DNA of 64,000 nucleotides from Tubiluchus corallicola (lineage: Eukaryota; Animalia; Priapulida), in assembly GCA_030141605.1 (NCBI GenBank), contig JAQGDQ010000961.1, positions 1 through 64,000 on the forward strand, in the 5' to 3' direction. Position 1 is the first letter of the stretch. Each line of letters opens with the position of its first letter. Shown here piece by piece: positions 38,851-53,800 of this stretch. The notes beneath the pieces are model-generated. The model did no database searches. It was not told the DNA's origin and was given only the letters and a program-made list of their open reading frames with translations. A program made the translations under genes and the position numbers.

Positions 38851-41800
38851 TTAGACTCCAAGTTTGTGGGCACTTTGGAGCAACATTTTCACACCCGGCA
38901 TAAAGTGACTGATCTCGGAGAAGTTTCCCGTGGCAACCATCTGTGCTTGTATGGCGAGGGCGCTCCCGTAATCATACGACTGAATTGCCTGAACGATCTG
39001 ATGCAAACCTAGCAGCACGTTCTGTGATAACTGTAAAAAACAAACAAACACACAGCTATGAAGTAAATAAAACAGAAAAGCAAAAATCATATTCAGTAAT
39101 GCTGTCATTATAAGCATACTAACCACATACTCTCAAGTAACAACAAGATTCATAGTGGGAAGATCTTCCACATACTGAGATAACAACTTAGGACAGGGTT
39201 GAACAAATTATCTGACTAGTCGGGCCACATTAAACTTTCCCGCAATACTTGCAGTTTGGTCAAGCAGCCAAGAACAGCAATACCTAATAGTGATTTTTTT
39301 GCATCCGATCTGCGCGCATAATTACTACTAAGGTGCACTGAGGAAACTATTCTAGAAGTTATTAAAATCTATATTAAAAAACACAGATTTCAACTTTCAT
39401 GTCACATAGTAGTCATTTTATTGCAATGGATATTAGTATATTGCATCACGTTCTAGTACAGTGCGTATTAATGTGACTCATGGTGCCGATCTTTGTGTTC
39501 TACAATTTTGTCAAGATTTGGCAGAATTGATGCCGATGAAAGTCTCAAACCTTTCTCCGGGTGTTCATCGGTGAGCACAGGTATTCATCGGTGAGTACAT
39601 GTGTTCATCGGTGAGCACAGGTGTTCATCGGTGAGTACTTGGAATGGGGACTTCACAATCCCCATTCTTGAGAAGAACTGCTCACAAACGTAGGTGGAGC
39701 CAAACAATGCCAATTTTTTATGACAAAGCATCCTTTTTTGGGACGCGGTGAACACTTTCATGGAATCGTCATGTTTTTTGAAATCTTCAAATCTCAATCG
39801 GAACTGTAGTTTCTGAAACAGTTTACGAAACTCTGCAGCCTTCCCGCAACACAATCCAAGTTGCCTGAGAGTGGAAAAATGAGCAAGGTCATTGTTTTTC
39901 ATCTGTCGTATCCAAAGTTTCATCTTGTTTTGAAATGACTTGATGTGTCCGTACATCTCATTTACGTACTGACCTCTTTTTTGTAGCTTAGTATTCAGTT
40001 CGTTCAGATGAGTCGTCGCATCTACGATGAAGCCAAGATCACACACCCACACTTCATCATCCAGTTCAGATGCGTCGTCACATCTACGATGAAGCCAAGA
40101 TCACACACCCACACTTTATCATTCAGTTCTTCCATTGGATTCAGCTCTAGAAACAACTTTATCTCCTCTCTTAGATCAAATAAGCGTTTGAGCATCTTCC
40201 CCTTGCGTAACCAATGAACTTCCGAGAAGCAGACGAGGTCCTAAATCTGCTTCTAAATCAGTGAGAAACAGTTGAAATTGTCGATGATTCAATCCTCTGG
40301 CTTTAATGAAATTTATAGCTCATACGACTGACCAATAACATGTTTGTACATGAAGGCTTTTGCAGCCAAGTTTTCTTGGTGAATTATACAGTGAAATACT
40401 ACAAGTCCTTCCGAGTTCAGATTTCTCTTTTTCATTTCCGCCAAGCAGGTGCACCATCTGTAGCCATACCACAAAGGGTGCTCCAGTCAAGATTGAAGCG
40501 CCTAATTGCCTCCCTAAGTTCAAGAAAAAGATCAGCCCCAGTAGTGGTACCTTTCATAGGCATCAATTCTTCTCGCAACAGTCCATCGGGATAAGTCTTT
40601 TGCCTTTTCTGGACACAGAACAGATGACACTTCACTGAGACATTCTTTCACAAAATCGCCTTCGGAATATGGTTTCATACACTCGGCAATTTGATACGAA
40701 ACGACATAGCTAGCTCGCACTATATTTTCTACTTTCCCTCGTAACATGTGAAACATACCTTCCTGACCACAGAGGATGCTTCTCAATTTCTTGATTTTCT
40801 CTGCTCTCTTATCTCCTTCTAACTTTCCGTACTTTCCATCTTTGTATTTTGCTTCATAGTGCCTCTTCAAGTTGTATTCTTTGAGCACACTAACATTATC
40901 GCCACAAATGAGACATGTCGGTTTACCTTTTTGTTCAATACAGAAATACTCATTCATCCATCTGTCTTGAAACATTCGATGTTCTTCTTCAATTTTCCTC
41001 ATTTTTTATCCATGTATAATTTTATTTAAAATTTACTTTGTAAAATAACCAAGTGAAAACAGTCTGCCTGTTATGACCAAGAAGATGCCTGAGCTGATCT
41101 GCCGGCCAAATTATAGAAGCGTAGAGATTGGCTGGTTGGTCTTGTAACCAGCTAATCAGATTGCTTCTCACATTTCTTGCACATTTGAGCATTTCAATGG
41201 CGGCTTCAGTGATAGTTTGCTGCGTTCTGTAATTTTACGTCGTTTTTTGTCTTCTACGTAAGTATCGTAAAATTTCATCATGTCCGACAGTGTCAATCGT
41301 CTGGTGAGGGTTCAACATTACAATTGTGATCATTAAACCCGATCATGGCATGGACTTTAGTTAGAAACATCTTCCTAATACTTGCGACTCAATTCATCGC
41401 CCGGGCTGCACTTTCATTAGGTCAGCAAACCTCTTCGCGGGCTGCACAAGATCTTTCAACGGGCCGCAGTTTGCACACCCCTGACTTAGGATAACAATAG
41501 AATAACACAATTGCAGATAAATCTCATTATAAACCACCTTTACCTGGCTGAATGCCCAAACTTTTAGTAAAACAAAACATCTGTATTCATATAGACATGT
41601 ATGTATTAATGCACCTCATTGTAATACCAAACTCGCTTAACATCAACTTTTTCTGATATCGCAAAGTGGGCGGTATAAAGGGGTATGACTGTACAGTGTT
41701 CCCTCGCTACTTTGCGGTCCGTTTATCGCGGACTTGCTATTTCGTGGGTTTTCAAAAATATTAATGTAAAATATTTATCGTGGTATTTTCGCTGATTCGG

Positions 41801-44800
41801 GTTTTTGCGGCACTTCGTCTAAAACATTTTTGCACATGCACAGTACGTATTGTACAGTAATGTATAGATTTGATGAATTTTGCATAAAAATCACAAAATG
41901 TATAAAAAATATTAAAAATATTAATCCTAACATTAAAAGAATATTATAAATCATGAAAAATTACCATTTACAGTAAATAGTGTATTTATTCGGCGGATGA
42001 ATACACACGAAAAACGAAATGTAGTACTTGCGCCCGCTTGAGATACTACTTGCCGACGTGAGATTGTAAACAACACATGATTGGTTGATTGATGGTATGC
42101 TGCAGTTGACCGCCATTACGGGATCGACGAATCTACGGTTCGTTACATCAAGAAGGAGGAGAAAAATATCAGGTCTACAGCAACAGTGACTTTCAACAAG
42201 AGTGGGAGGGTTTATGAAGACTTAAAATAATGTATCACTACCGAAATAAGTATCCTACTGGTGGGCCTGGAACGGAACACGCGCGATAAGTGAGGGGACA
42301 CTGTAATTCAAAGTTCTCAAGAGAGTCATTACTTTAAAATAAAATTTTACATACACATTTCATACTTACAGAATTACTTCTCAAAGCATCATACAAAAAT
42401 TCCAACTTCTTCGTTACGTCCTCCAGTTTTCTATGCATTTGCTAAAATGGAAATGAAAACAAAAATGAAAGTTACAGACTTCAGATAAATTCGTTTCTAA
42501 CATACGACTTCAGTACACAAAATACGGTCACCAATATGGAATGGCATCCTGAATGTAATTTTCCAAATGTATTTTAAAAGTATTTTAGTAAAGGCGCTAA
42601 CTATATAAAAGCTTTCTATTACATAACTATACTAATAATATAAGTTCAATTGAATTTCGGAATATACATAAGATATACTAGAGGCCATCTTAATATTAAC
42701 TTTTAGATAAATCTTTTTAAGCTGCGTACATTTATAATAGGCTGAACATCAGGCATGTTCACAATACTCATTGACAATTGATTTTAAATTATGTTGGATA
42801 CTTACTGGGTTTCTACTTGCACTTTCGCATCGCTGCAGTAAATCCTGAAATGTCTCTTGTAGTACTTCATGCTCGACTGGGATGGGCGCCTTTACGACCG
42901 GCTCCGGAGCGAGCTCGGCTGGCGGTACCTTTCAAAAACAAAATACAATCATTAGTTTTGCACTTACTTATGTATTCATACCTCCATATTCATGATTACG
43001 AAATAGTGCACGGTAATGTAACAAATTCAGCAGAGGTCTCACTTCTACAGAAAAGCCAAACTGCGACAAATTAGAAAAGCGAGAAGTTTGCAGTTCAAGC
43101 TGAGAGAAAGAGAGAGAAAAAAGAAAAAGAGGGACAGGGAGAGAGAGAGGGGGGAGGGGAGGAAGGGAGGGAGAGAGATAGAGAGGGAGAGAGAGAGAGA
43201 GGGAGTGGGGAGATTAGAGAGAGAGAGAGGAAGGAGAGGACAAGAGGGAGAGAGAGAGGGAGGAAGGAGGAGAGGGACAAAGGGAGGGAGAGAGAAAGAG
43301 AGAGGGAGGAAGGAAGGGAGGGAGAGAGAGAGAGGGGGGCAATGGTGTAATAAGCAATATTATCACTGCAATGCACTTTAAATTGAATTTTTACAATATA
43401 CAGTAACTACATTACATTTACGTATGTATAAACACACCAACTTCAAAATATCTTTCCCTTGTAATAAAGAAATGACAAAGTTTCAAAGTTGCAGTCTAGG
43501 GTGTAGGAAAGGTGAAACTACGAACAAAAGTAAAAAACTAGTAAAGCAAACAAGCGAGGAATTAAAAAAAGATAATTGTCCATATCGTATAACACGCAAG
43601 AATGTGAGGACGCAAGCTGCTACTAAAGATTTACCAGTGAGTGAAGCACACGTTATACTGACCGGTGCTTTCATAGGCTGTACAACCTGGGACATGTAGT
43701 CACTCGGGTTATATAATAAACCAATTTGTGGGATTGGTGGATTCTGTCAAATAAATAACATAAAAAAGTCAAGAGCAACTAAGCTAATAATTAATGACTA
43801 CCAAAAGAAGAAACTAAATCATTATTTAAAAGACAATTCTTTTTGGTAATTTGGTATTTTTGGGAAAAAGAGTACAGCTGCTGCTCGGTCAATGAGTTTT
43901 AAAAAATGATTTCAAAACACGATTGTATTTGAGTGATAGTCAATCAGTTTTCATAAGATAACAAAAACATGCAATTACAAACAGTTTGGTAAAATCTAAG
44001 CGCATGGCATCAACTTCATTTCAAATTATTTGGCAATTAACAACATCTTTAATTAGATTACGACAGTGAATGGCAGAATGTTCATAAACCTTTGCAGGTT
44101 TATTTCAAAACAATTGCTACCCTTGAGGGTAATGCGTACTAATCCCAGGCCTCTAGTTCAAATCAGAACCAGTTAATAAATTTTCAGTGTCTTCTTTCTT
44201 TTTACCCGTAACTCGTTACCCGTAAGTGTAATAACTGTTGTGAAATAAGCCACAATCGTTTGTGGGGTCAAAGAGAAACGTCGGCTTAAATGAATTGGAC
44301 AGGTCATCAGATTATCACAAGATTCTTCATTTACTACAGCTTTACGTCGAACAGTCTACGACCATATCACGTTGAAAACACCGGTTCTCGTCTAATCACC
44401 GACGTTAAGCAACGGAGAGTCTGGCTAGTACTTGGATGGGTGACCGCGTAGGAATACCAGGTGCTGATCTCGACACTAGGTGGAGGAGCTGCACAAGCAG
44501 CCAACGGCTAGAGGGCGGAAGAGGTCAAGTGACCCAATGGCCATGTGTAGAGGAGTAAACTTTCCAAATCAGGAGTAGAGCAAAATCTAAATATGTTAAC
44601 ATTTGTCCTCCTGCAGGTTTTTTACCTGGTTCTATAGCTTGTTGAAGAGCTATCTTCACTGGAATATCATCAGGTAGTCTAAGCATATGCTCAATCCATC
44701 TTAAACTGCATCTTTTTATTTTTCTTGTCCAATGTTCTTTTTTTATTTTTTCATATAGATCTTTGTTTGTAATTTTCTTTGGCCATCTAATACCCAAAAT

Positions 44801-47800
44801 GTTTCTGTAATTTCGCCTTTGAAATGCATCGATTTCAACTTTATGATTTGCTTTTAATGTCCAGAGCTCAGAGTTGTACAGAAATACAGTTTCAACTAAG
44901 GCTGAGAATATTCTAATTTTTGTTTCCAAAGAAATCTTCCTGTAGTTTCAATAATTCCGCTGTAACAACACGAACACACACCTTTTGTTTAGGCGATGCC
45001 TGAGCAACAGGCGGCGCCTGCGTCGGGTCGTAAATTATCCCCGGTTGCTGAGGCTGTGCCGGATTATAGACCATGGATGCTGGACCAGTACCAACTTGCT
45101 CTGGTTGCTGAGGTGCATCCATTCCTAACGGGGATGTAACAGGCACAGCAGGTTCATACACTTGGCTCTGAAACACAAACTTGGTAAATTAAGATCATAA
45201 TATTAAATGCATGTCGAATATGTTGGGCGCTAACATATATTGAAGTCTTAAGAGTTCCGTATAAAATTACAAGTAGCATGCTATACATATTTTGAAGACA
45301 AAATACGATGTTTATCAAATATTCAAAGGTTTGTCTCTCAGATTTTTATTGTTTATTTACTAGACAAATATGTGAAATTTCTAAAAGAAACTTAGGCAAA
45401 ATATGGGTGCAAAAATTTCCGAATCAGGCTAGCTGTCGTGACTCTAATGTTGTCGCTGGGGTGCTTTGGGGAGAGCCGACAACCGGCATTGGCAAGTTTA
45501 TCAGACTGTTTTTGAAGTTGCGATGTTCGTGTTAAACAGATGAAATCACTGGATGAAAACATGGTTTAAGTTTGCGATCTGTATTTTACTCAAAAATAGT
45601 CTGACGGTCAATCCACATATACACGAAAATGGTAAATATAATCAACAGTAGTAAACAAAAGTTAAAGTAAATCCATCAGCCAATATATCATGGCAACTGA
45701 GTCAAAACGTTATTATAACCACGCAACTGTTTAATCCTATTGCTTGTCTTCTAATCTGGCTACCAAGTGTGAAAAACTACTACATTCACAGAGAAGCCAA
45801 GTAACCCAGTTCCATACAAACATATAGCAGCAGCAAGTATATACATATATTGGAAACTTCCAAGTGTACAAACAGATGTCAGCACTGACTTAGTGGTAAT
45901 GAAAAACTAAAGTTTAAAACTTCAAATCGAAATTAATAATAAACTGTAGATTAAAACCTCGCATCTGCGACACTAGCTCGCAATCATTATAAGTATTATA
46001 AAACTGTAGAAATGGTCATTAATAAGAGATTTCCTATTCTTGGGTACAAGATAGACTGATATGCTAATTATAGTATTTAGCACAAATATCACATCTGAGC
46101 AACTTGGTCTGTGGACCATAAACGAGGTGTCAGGTTTTGGGGAGCCACTAATTTATGTGAAGAGTTAGATGGGTATGAAAAAAATCAGAGCAGCATTTCA
46201 AAAATTGTGCAAACTTTACTGTCCCAAACTAGTGTACGAATAATTTAACTACAATAGTAAGCATAACTAGGGTAATTTCGTCCTGAAAATAGTAAAAATT
46301 CCTCTAATCACGACAAGGGATCATAAAGGAGATACCTTGCTTGGCACCTTAGCATGTTGTATCATCGGAGGGTCATTCCAGCCCGGAGCAGAACGATCGA
46401 TATATCGTTCCCGTGGCGACACCTGTGACGGAGGAGGAGGATATCGTTCAGAAGTAGACTGCGAATAACTACCACCTGTGCAAGCAACAGCAGAACAAAG
46501 AGAAAATTAGATTTTACACTTGTTTTCACATACAATTTTATCTATTTTTGAAAACTCTGACAGTACAGTTATTTTGAAATTAGTTTATTTAAGTTCTACA
46601 GCAGGTGTTGCTTAACAGATTCGCTTTGGGATGCAAGTGTATTGACTGAAGTAACCAATTGAATCTATCACAAGACCGATGTAGTATTACCAGTATAGAA
46701 GTACGAGTCATCACTTACCAGTTTAGTGTGCACTACAAGAGCTTTAAATAATTTTCAGTAATTTTCAAAATTAATTTTATGCTCTTAGTTGCAAGGATGA
46801 GAATGACAAATTGCAAAAAACTCTGAAACAGGCCAAGGGTTTTGGGGCTGCCTAGGCCCCCAATGGGGTTGAGTGGCAAAGCCCCCTTGGAGCCAGCAAC
46901 AAATTGTAATTTTGTGACCATACAAAGCCTCTAAGTGGACTTAAAATATCAATTACCTTGTTTCATGCATAATTTAAAATAGCCAACTATCAAGGATACA
47001 TGATACCTAATTGGCTCAAAAAATGCCTAAGTAATGGCCGCTCTTACGCAAAAGTATATAAAAACTGTCTGCAATTGACTCAAATAACTCCGCACAATTG
47101 AATCTATATTTTTATACATAGAGATATACACGTGGTTACACTGATGTACGTGATGTAAACAACAAGACGGCCTGCCAACTAGCGGTCAGCTTGTGAAATA
47201 ATGTACTGGGTCCGTAAAAATTTTCTCAACGAATTTACCCGATTTACAAAAATGGCACTACTGGTCTTGCAAAAACTCGGAATTCCGCGTATCCATGGAA
47301 AATTCTCATCCCTGTAGTTGGTCTATGACATCTGCATTGTAAACTCGCAAAGAACAGTGGCGCTACTGCTGCATTGGTGATCTAGCAGCAAAAGCACTGC
47401 CACTTCTTGATCCAGCTCTGAGAGAAACACTACGGAACTGATAACATGGAAGTTACTGCAAACTATGTATATTATATTTTTATAAATTTGAATTGGGAGC
47501 AAATTTGTAGTGTAACACTAACTAGCAACATTTTCTAAATAGATTTCCAGTTTTTATATCTTTTTTGATTTCCTGCTTCGTTTTCTTTTCTATTAAGTTT
47601 ATTTTTTAGTTTTCACTTTGATACCGGAGGCGAAATTTTGATTAAGTTGTATAATTTTACTGCCCTGGTGATGAATACAGATTTTTGTAACTTCAGTTTG
47701 ATGAAATTCAAAAAAAACAAAGAGTTTTTGTAGGTCGCCTTACATTATTAGGCACTGCAACAACAACAACATTTTAAATTGATTAAACATTCTATAAAAA

Positions 47801-50800
47801 GTAGCAAGGGCTTCAAAAGGAAATTGCTAGGCTTGTGATTAAAAGTTCAATTTCCATAAAATCTTGGGAAACGAGGTTAACTGCATTGGACAACAGATTC
47901 TAAGTAAAACCGCTACGCTAGCATATCACCGCGTGATAAACGTATCTGCTTGTAAACAAAACTGTACTTTACATCACTGTTTTGTTTCTACAAGTGTTAT
48001 CACGTTTTAGTGCACATATTAGGGTAAAATGGAACACAGCTTATAGAAAAATATTCAGTTTTAGACAAAATGAAAGCCTCAAATTGTTAATTTTTGTGGC
48101 ACAATGCCTGCGAATTATTTAATAGATGGTCGAAAATTAAACTTTGTGAGAAAAATTGCAAAGTCTTGCACATTGAGAAATCCAAAGCTATGCTACTATG
48201 TAAATAACAGTCAAGTAAATTTAAGATTTAAATATGGTTGTACCATAGACCTAAACGAAAATGTAAAATTAAAGGTTAAGAACTCATTTAAAGATTATGT
48301 TTTAAGATACCTATTATCACTCCTTACAACACTGTATACTGTAATAATTACAAGGGTACTGAAATGAGTGGATATTATAAAGCTGAATGTCTGTAGATGT
48401 GTTACTTTACTAACATCTTTACCTTTGTAAGCTGTATATTTTTATACGAAATAAACTCATAATAATAATAAAAAAAGTGAAGTAAAGATGGCATCAAAAT
48501 AGCAATGGCTTTTTGACCTCACACAAGTCTTATTTTAAGTACCTGAAGCAAAAATATTGAGTCAATTATGCGGAATTTTTAAAGTCAAATGCCAACAGTT
48601 TTTATTTGCATTTAAATAAGAACCGTACTAGACATTTTTGAGGCGATTGATTCCACTAAAAGCGAGTCTAATAAACAGCACCCACAGGTACCTTATTTTG
48701 TCAAAGTTTAGTGACACTAAACACGCAAAAACTTCATATCAACAAACATTCACAAAACCAGAAAATTACCTTGTGTGGGCTGAGCTGCTGGATTGTACAA
48801 GTTCCCATATTGGCCACCAGGTGACATTTGAGTTGGTCCAGGGGCACTTCTGTAAAAGTTAAAAGGAATAAAATGGGGGCAACGGGATTAAGCTCTCATT
48901 TACTGAGGAAAATATACAAAGTCAACTATGTGTCTTCTCTCAAAGCCAATAAATAATTGTAGTGGGTGCATAGGCCCTTTTTTGGTTTTAATTTAGTCTT
49001 CAATTACTGCCACGGTGCTGCCACCTGTTTGTTTATGTAGTAGGCATTTAGCTTTTTACAGTAGTCACTCTTTTAAAATTGAAGCACCTAATATCCTTCA
49101 ATACATTAGCATTTTGGTCTTTCGTGAGCTATAGCTATAGTAGTTGTCTGACATTTTACCCGTCTTTTGGTTCTCTCCGCCATTGCTCTATTTTTCTGAC
49201 TGTGATGAGCATTATGACTGTGAATTTCTTACGAATTTATTGTTGTGACATTGTTGTTCTTAAGGCTACTTGGAGTTCTCATTCCTGTTTTTGTAAACTG
49301 TTAAAGGCCCTAACAACGTAAGTTATTATTAATTAATTTCAATATAGTCTACATAATTTTTATATCAGTTCTTAGTTATAGCAATACATTTAATCATGCA
49401 AATAATTTTCTTCTACTCAATGCAAATTAAACTAAATGTTAATAATTGTCTTTCAGAATAAAGAAACTTTTGGTCAACACGTTAAACTGGTGTTTTGTAT
49501 CGATTTCATCAATTGTACAATTATTACAATAAAAATTAGTTGTTTTTTTGGCTTTGGCACTTTTTACCTGAGATTATATGCTGCATTAACAATCCGAAAT
49601 GAAAAGTTACCAACCAAACTATGATTATAATTCCATGGTTTTGTTTTTTTGTTTTGCAAAAGTTGGCACAAATAAGCATTCTCGGCTTCTTATTCAATTT
49701 CACACATAAAGCCCCAAAAAATACTGATGCAGTTTCTGTAGGGTTACCATATTGTCTGAGTTAAAAAGACAACACTTTTTCACACACTTGTAAGTAGGCA
49801 AAAATGGCCAGTCTAGGGTTTATTAAACCAATGCAAAATAAAATGCAAATGCTCGCAGAAGCTGACGTCATTTTAAGTCGTTAACGAATACGCCGAGTAT
49901 CGACAGCGGTGTGAGTCGTGTGACCCATAACTAAGTGTGCATCGCTTACTTTTGTTCAGTAAATATGTACACAAAGCTTTTACAAGGGTTGCATTTTGAG
50001 ATGTTAGCAACATCTTGTATTGAAAATTAACGAGCTTTTCTTTGTATCATACTGCCGTACGCCTCTGCAGTTGGCAACTTCCGTTCATACTTACGGATTG
50101 AGGCAAAACCCGGACAAACTGCCGATTTTTTGAAAATCTGCCCGGACAAAGGCCCAAAAAGAGGACGTGTCCGGGGAAACCCTAAGTTTCTGTCTCGAAT
50201 TATCGGGATTAGCGCTAGCTGATCGACAAAAGTGATTGATACTTATACACTGCTCAAACACGTATAATGTGTGACATCCGTTGCAATAAGTAAACATCAG
50301 CTATTCATAAACACATTTTACAAGCAAGTTGATAATTATAAGCAAGTGAAATTTTTGTTAAGCTTAAATACACTCAGTCTAAATTCAAGCAAAATTATCT
50401 GTTACAATTTCCCTGGAAAATTTTAGATAAAAATTGGCAAAAGTGAAAAAATGAATATCGCAAATTGACAAGTATAAATTATTGCCCAATCTTTTAGACC
50501 TGTGTAAAAAAAACATCAAGTTAGCCTAAAGAAATAAACATTTCCAAGTACAACCTTAATCAGAGTAAATAAACAAATTATTATGTACCCAATTGTACAA
50601 AAAAATTACTTACTAGAAGGCACAATTCCTAACTAAGGTAGGCAAAGTGAAAAGTTTAAACAAATAATACTATTTATAGTGAATGGTTAGTAAAAACTAA
50701 TAAAGGTAACATGTATTGAAATATGACAGTTCGTGATAAACGAACTGAACTAGAAAATTTCACGTATGTTGTAGATAAATTAAAAATACCCGTATGGTGC

Positions 50801-53800
50801 AGGTGGCTGCTGCTGCTGATGCTGCTGCGGTTGTTGAGGATAAGAATAGGTCGGTACAGGATGCTGATGTGGTGGACTGTAGTTCTGCACGTAGCCGCCA
50901 GATGGCATAGAAGTATACTGCGTTTCGTGTTCAGGAGTCGTAAGCGACGGATAACGACGCCTGTGAGCACCAGGTCCTTGCGACAATCGGTCTAACAAGA
51001 AAATAATTCAAAATCATTTCACTTAATCTTAAATCATTACCTAATCTTTAATGACTTTACATTATTAACTGTGCTGCACTAGTTACAGTTATGCCTATGT
51101 GCACCAGGTCCTTGCGACAATCGCTCTAACAAGAAAATAATTCAAAATCATTTCACTTAATCTTATTAACTGTGTTGCACTAGTTACAGTTATGCCTATG
51201 TGCACCAGGTCCTTGCGACAATCGCTCTAACAAGAAAATAATTCAAAATCATTTCACTTAATCTTATTAACTGTGTTGCACTAGTTACAGTTATGCCTAT
51301 GTGCACCAGGTCCTTGCGACAATCGCTCTAACAAGAAAATAATTCAAAATCATTTCACTTAATCTTAATTTCTGTTGCACTAGTTACAGTTATTCCTATG
51401 TGCACCAGGTCCTTGTGATGATCGCTCTAACGAGAAAATAATTGAAAATCATTTCACTTAATCTTATTAATGTCTGTTGTACTGTTTACAGCTATACGAA
51501 CCAAAAACTGCCAAGCTGCATGTAGAATATCAGATTTAAAACACTAACATCATACTAGTGATTTTAATCACCATCTTGGTTAACTGATAAAAGATACAAT
51601 AAAACTGATGGTTTTCATAATGTAACAAATTTCTCAAAGCATCTATAATTGTTCTGTTTTCTCCAATTTTTGTTATTTCATATATGAAAGTGTTTATATA
51701 TACAATGTTTCCTCACTTAATGTGGGTGTTCCGTTCCAGGCCCACCCGCGATAAGTGAATTTCCATGAAGTAGGGACGCTATACTCATTTTAGTAGTTAT
51801 ACATTATATAAGTCTTTATAGTCTCCATCAATCGAAAGTACAAAAAGATAAACCAAAGATAGTCATCACCTCTTTCGCAACTGTGAAAAATGTTGTTTAT
51901 CCTCAAACGAAATTCTTTAATAAACCACAACGTTGGTAGAAAAGAATAAATTGGTTCCCACTTCCCGGTGAACAGTGAATCACTAATTAGTTTTTTAAGT
52001 AATGCATTAGCACTGCATTAATGAATTAGTTTCTCTCAAGAAACATTGTTTATTTTAAGAATGTAATGTTTTCTCTAACAGTTTCAGTGGTATGTAAAGT
52101 TTACAGAATATCAGTGAACCTATAACGTTGTTATTTTCACAGCAATTATTAAATTGAAATTAAAAAAGATTAAATTTAACATCCTTAAACTTTACCACCT
52201 ATCCACATTTGAGATACCAATGTCAGATTTGACTTGACATGTGTCTACATTTGACTTACCAAAAACGTTTAAGATTTCTTGAAAACCATTGTTAACACAT
52301 TTTAACTACCTAAGTCTACATTTGAGTTACCAAGACACATTTGAATTACCTAAGTCTACATTTGAGTTACCAAGACACATTTGAATTACCTAAGTCTACA
52401 TTTGAGTTACCAAGACACATTTGAATTACCTAAATCTACATTTGACTTAACGTAGGTCTACATTTGACATGTAAAACCTATATTTAAAGGCTAGTTTGTT
52501 GTCAGCAAAATACAGAAAATACATTTCACTTAGGTAACGAACATGGGAAACCCTACTGATCTTAACCATTTAAAATATTTGTCATTTCACCAGGAGATCA
52601 GCCGGGCTGCGATGTGGCAATGCTACTAATGATCTACGGCGATGTTTCCGAAACCTAGTAATTAACGAGCACATTAACATTAAAATTAACATTAACCAGC
52701 ACATTAGTGACATTACAAATGCATTAACATTTCAATGGTGTCGTTTTACATCTTTTATGTAAACAAACAGGAAATAATTTTGCACGGAAGTATGTATCAC
52801 GTATATTGGAAAAGTACATGCTGTAGGTGCCGTAACACTAATTATACTTCACCTGTTAAATTACTAGTGCAGTATGGTAGACTGAACACACATGAGAACA
52901 GTTCTGTTTAGCTTAAAATTCACTTTACCTTTCTGGGAATATATATTCGAAGAAGCAGCAGTCTTGACATCAGCTGTTTGCTGACTAGTAATTAAAGGCG
53001 TGTGATGTCCTTTAATCTGTGAAACACTAGCTGGAGATACGTTCGCTTGTACCTGTGACAGAGAAATAAAACAAAGATAAATTAACTTACGTAAAAGTAA
53101 GTGTGTTGTGTAACTGATGCTTACCTTGACAGTGCAATGTGTCAGTTTGACAATCATAAATAACACAAATATAGGTTAAAAAAGCCAAGTGATCACGTGC
53201 GTGCTAGCAAAAGAAGTTAAGCAACACCGAGTGTGTTTACTGTTTGGTGAGTCGATAAGAGATAATTGAATACTCGCTCTCAACACTTGCCATGCTGATT
53301 CTGGCTATTTACCTAAGTTACCTTGTTGTGAGATGTAACTCCAACTTCTGTTAAACTATTGTCAGTAAGTAATAATGTAATCCAGTTTACAACAGACCAG
53401 TAGCATAAAAATTACCCACACAAATGAAATGGCTACTAAGACCAGATAAACCAAGAAAGAGGTACAGTGTTCCCTCACTTATCACGGGTGTTCCGTTCCA
53501 GGCCCACCCGCGATAAGTGAATTTCCGCGAAGTAGGGATGCTATACTTATTTTAGTAGTTATACATTATTTTAAGTCTTAAAATTATTTTAAACCCTCCC
53601 CACACTCTTATACATAACCCTTTCCCATTCTCTTAATAACTCTTCCCATACTGTACATGTACCTTTTAAAAAACTTTACTTAAATGTTCATTAAAATGTT
53701 TTAAACTCTTAAACCTTGATACATAATTTTGACGGAGTACCGCAAAAACTCGCAAAACAGCGAAAATACCGCAATAAACATTCTGCATTAATATTTTTGA

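Noticed and set aside
52591-52654. Extra Sec31 exon (also 60760-60883 and 45425-45578)
   Set aside because: Each introduces a stop or lacks a matching donor, and the flanking exons already join in phase.
53205-53275. Further 5S-like fragment (gaagttaagcaacaccgagtgtg)
   Set aside because: Too short and degenerate to call beyond the A-box similarity.
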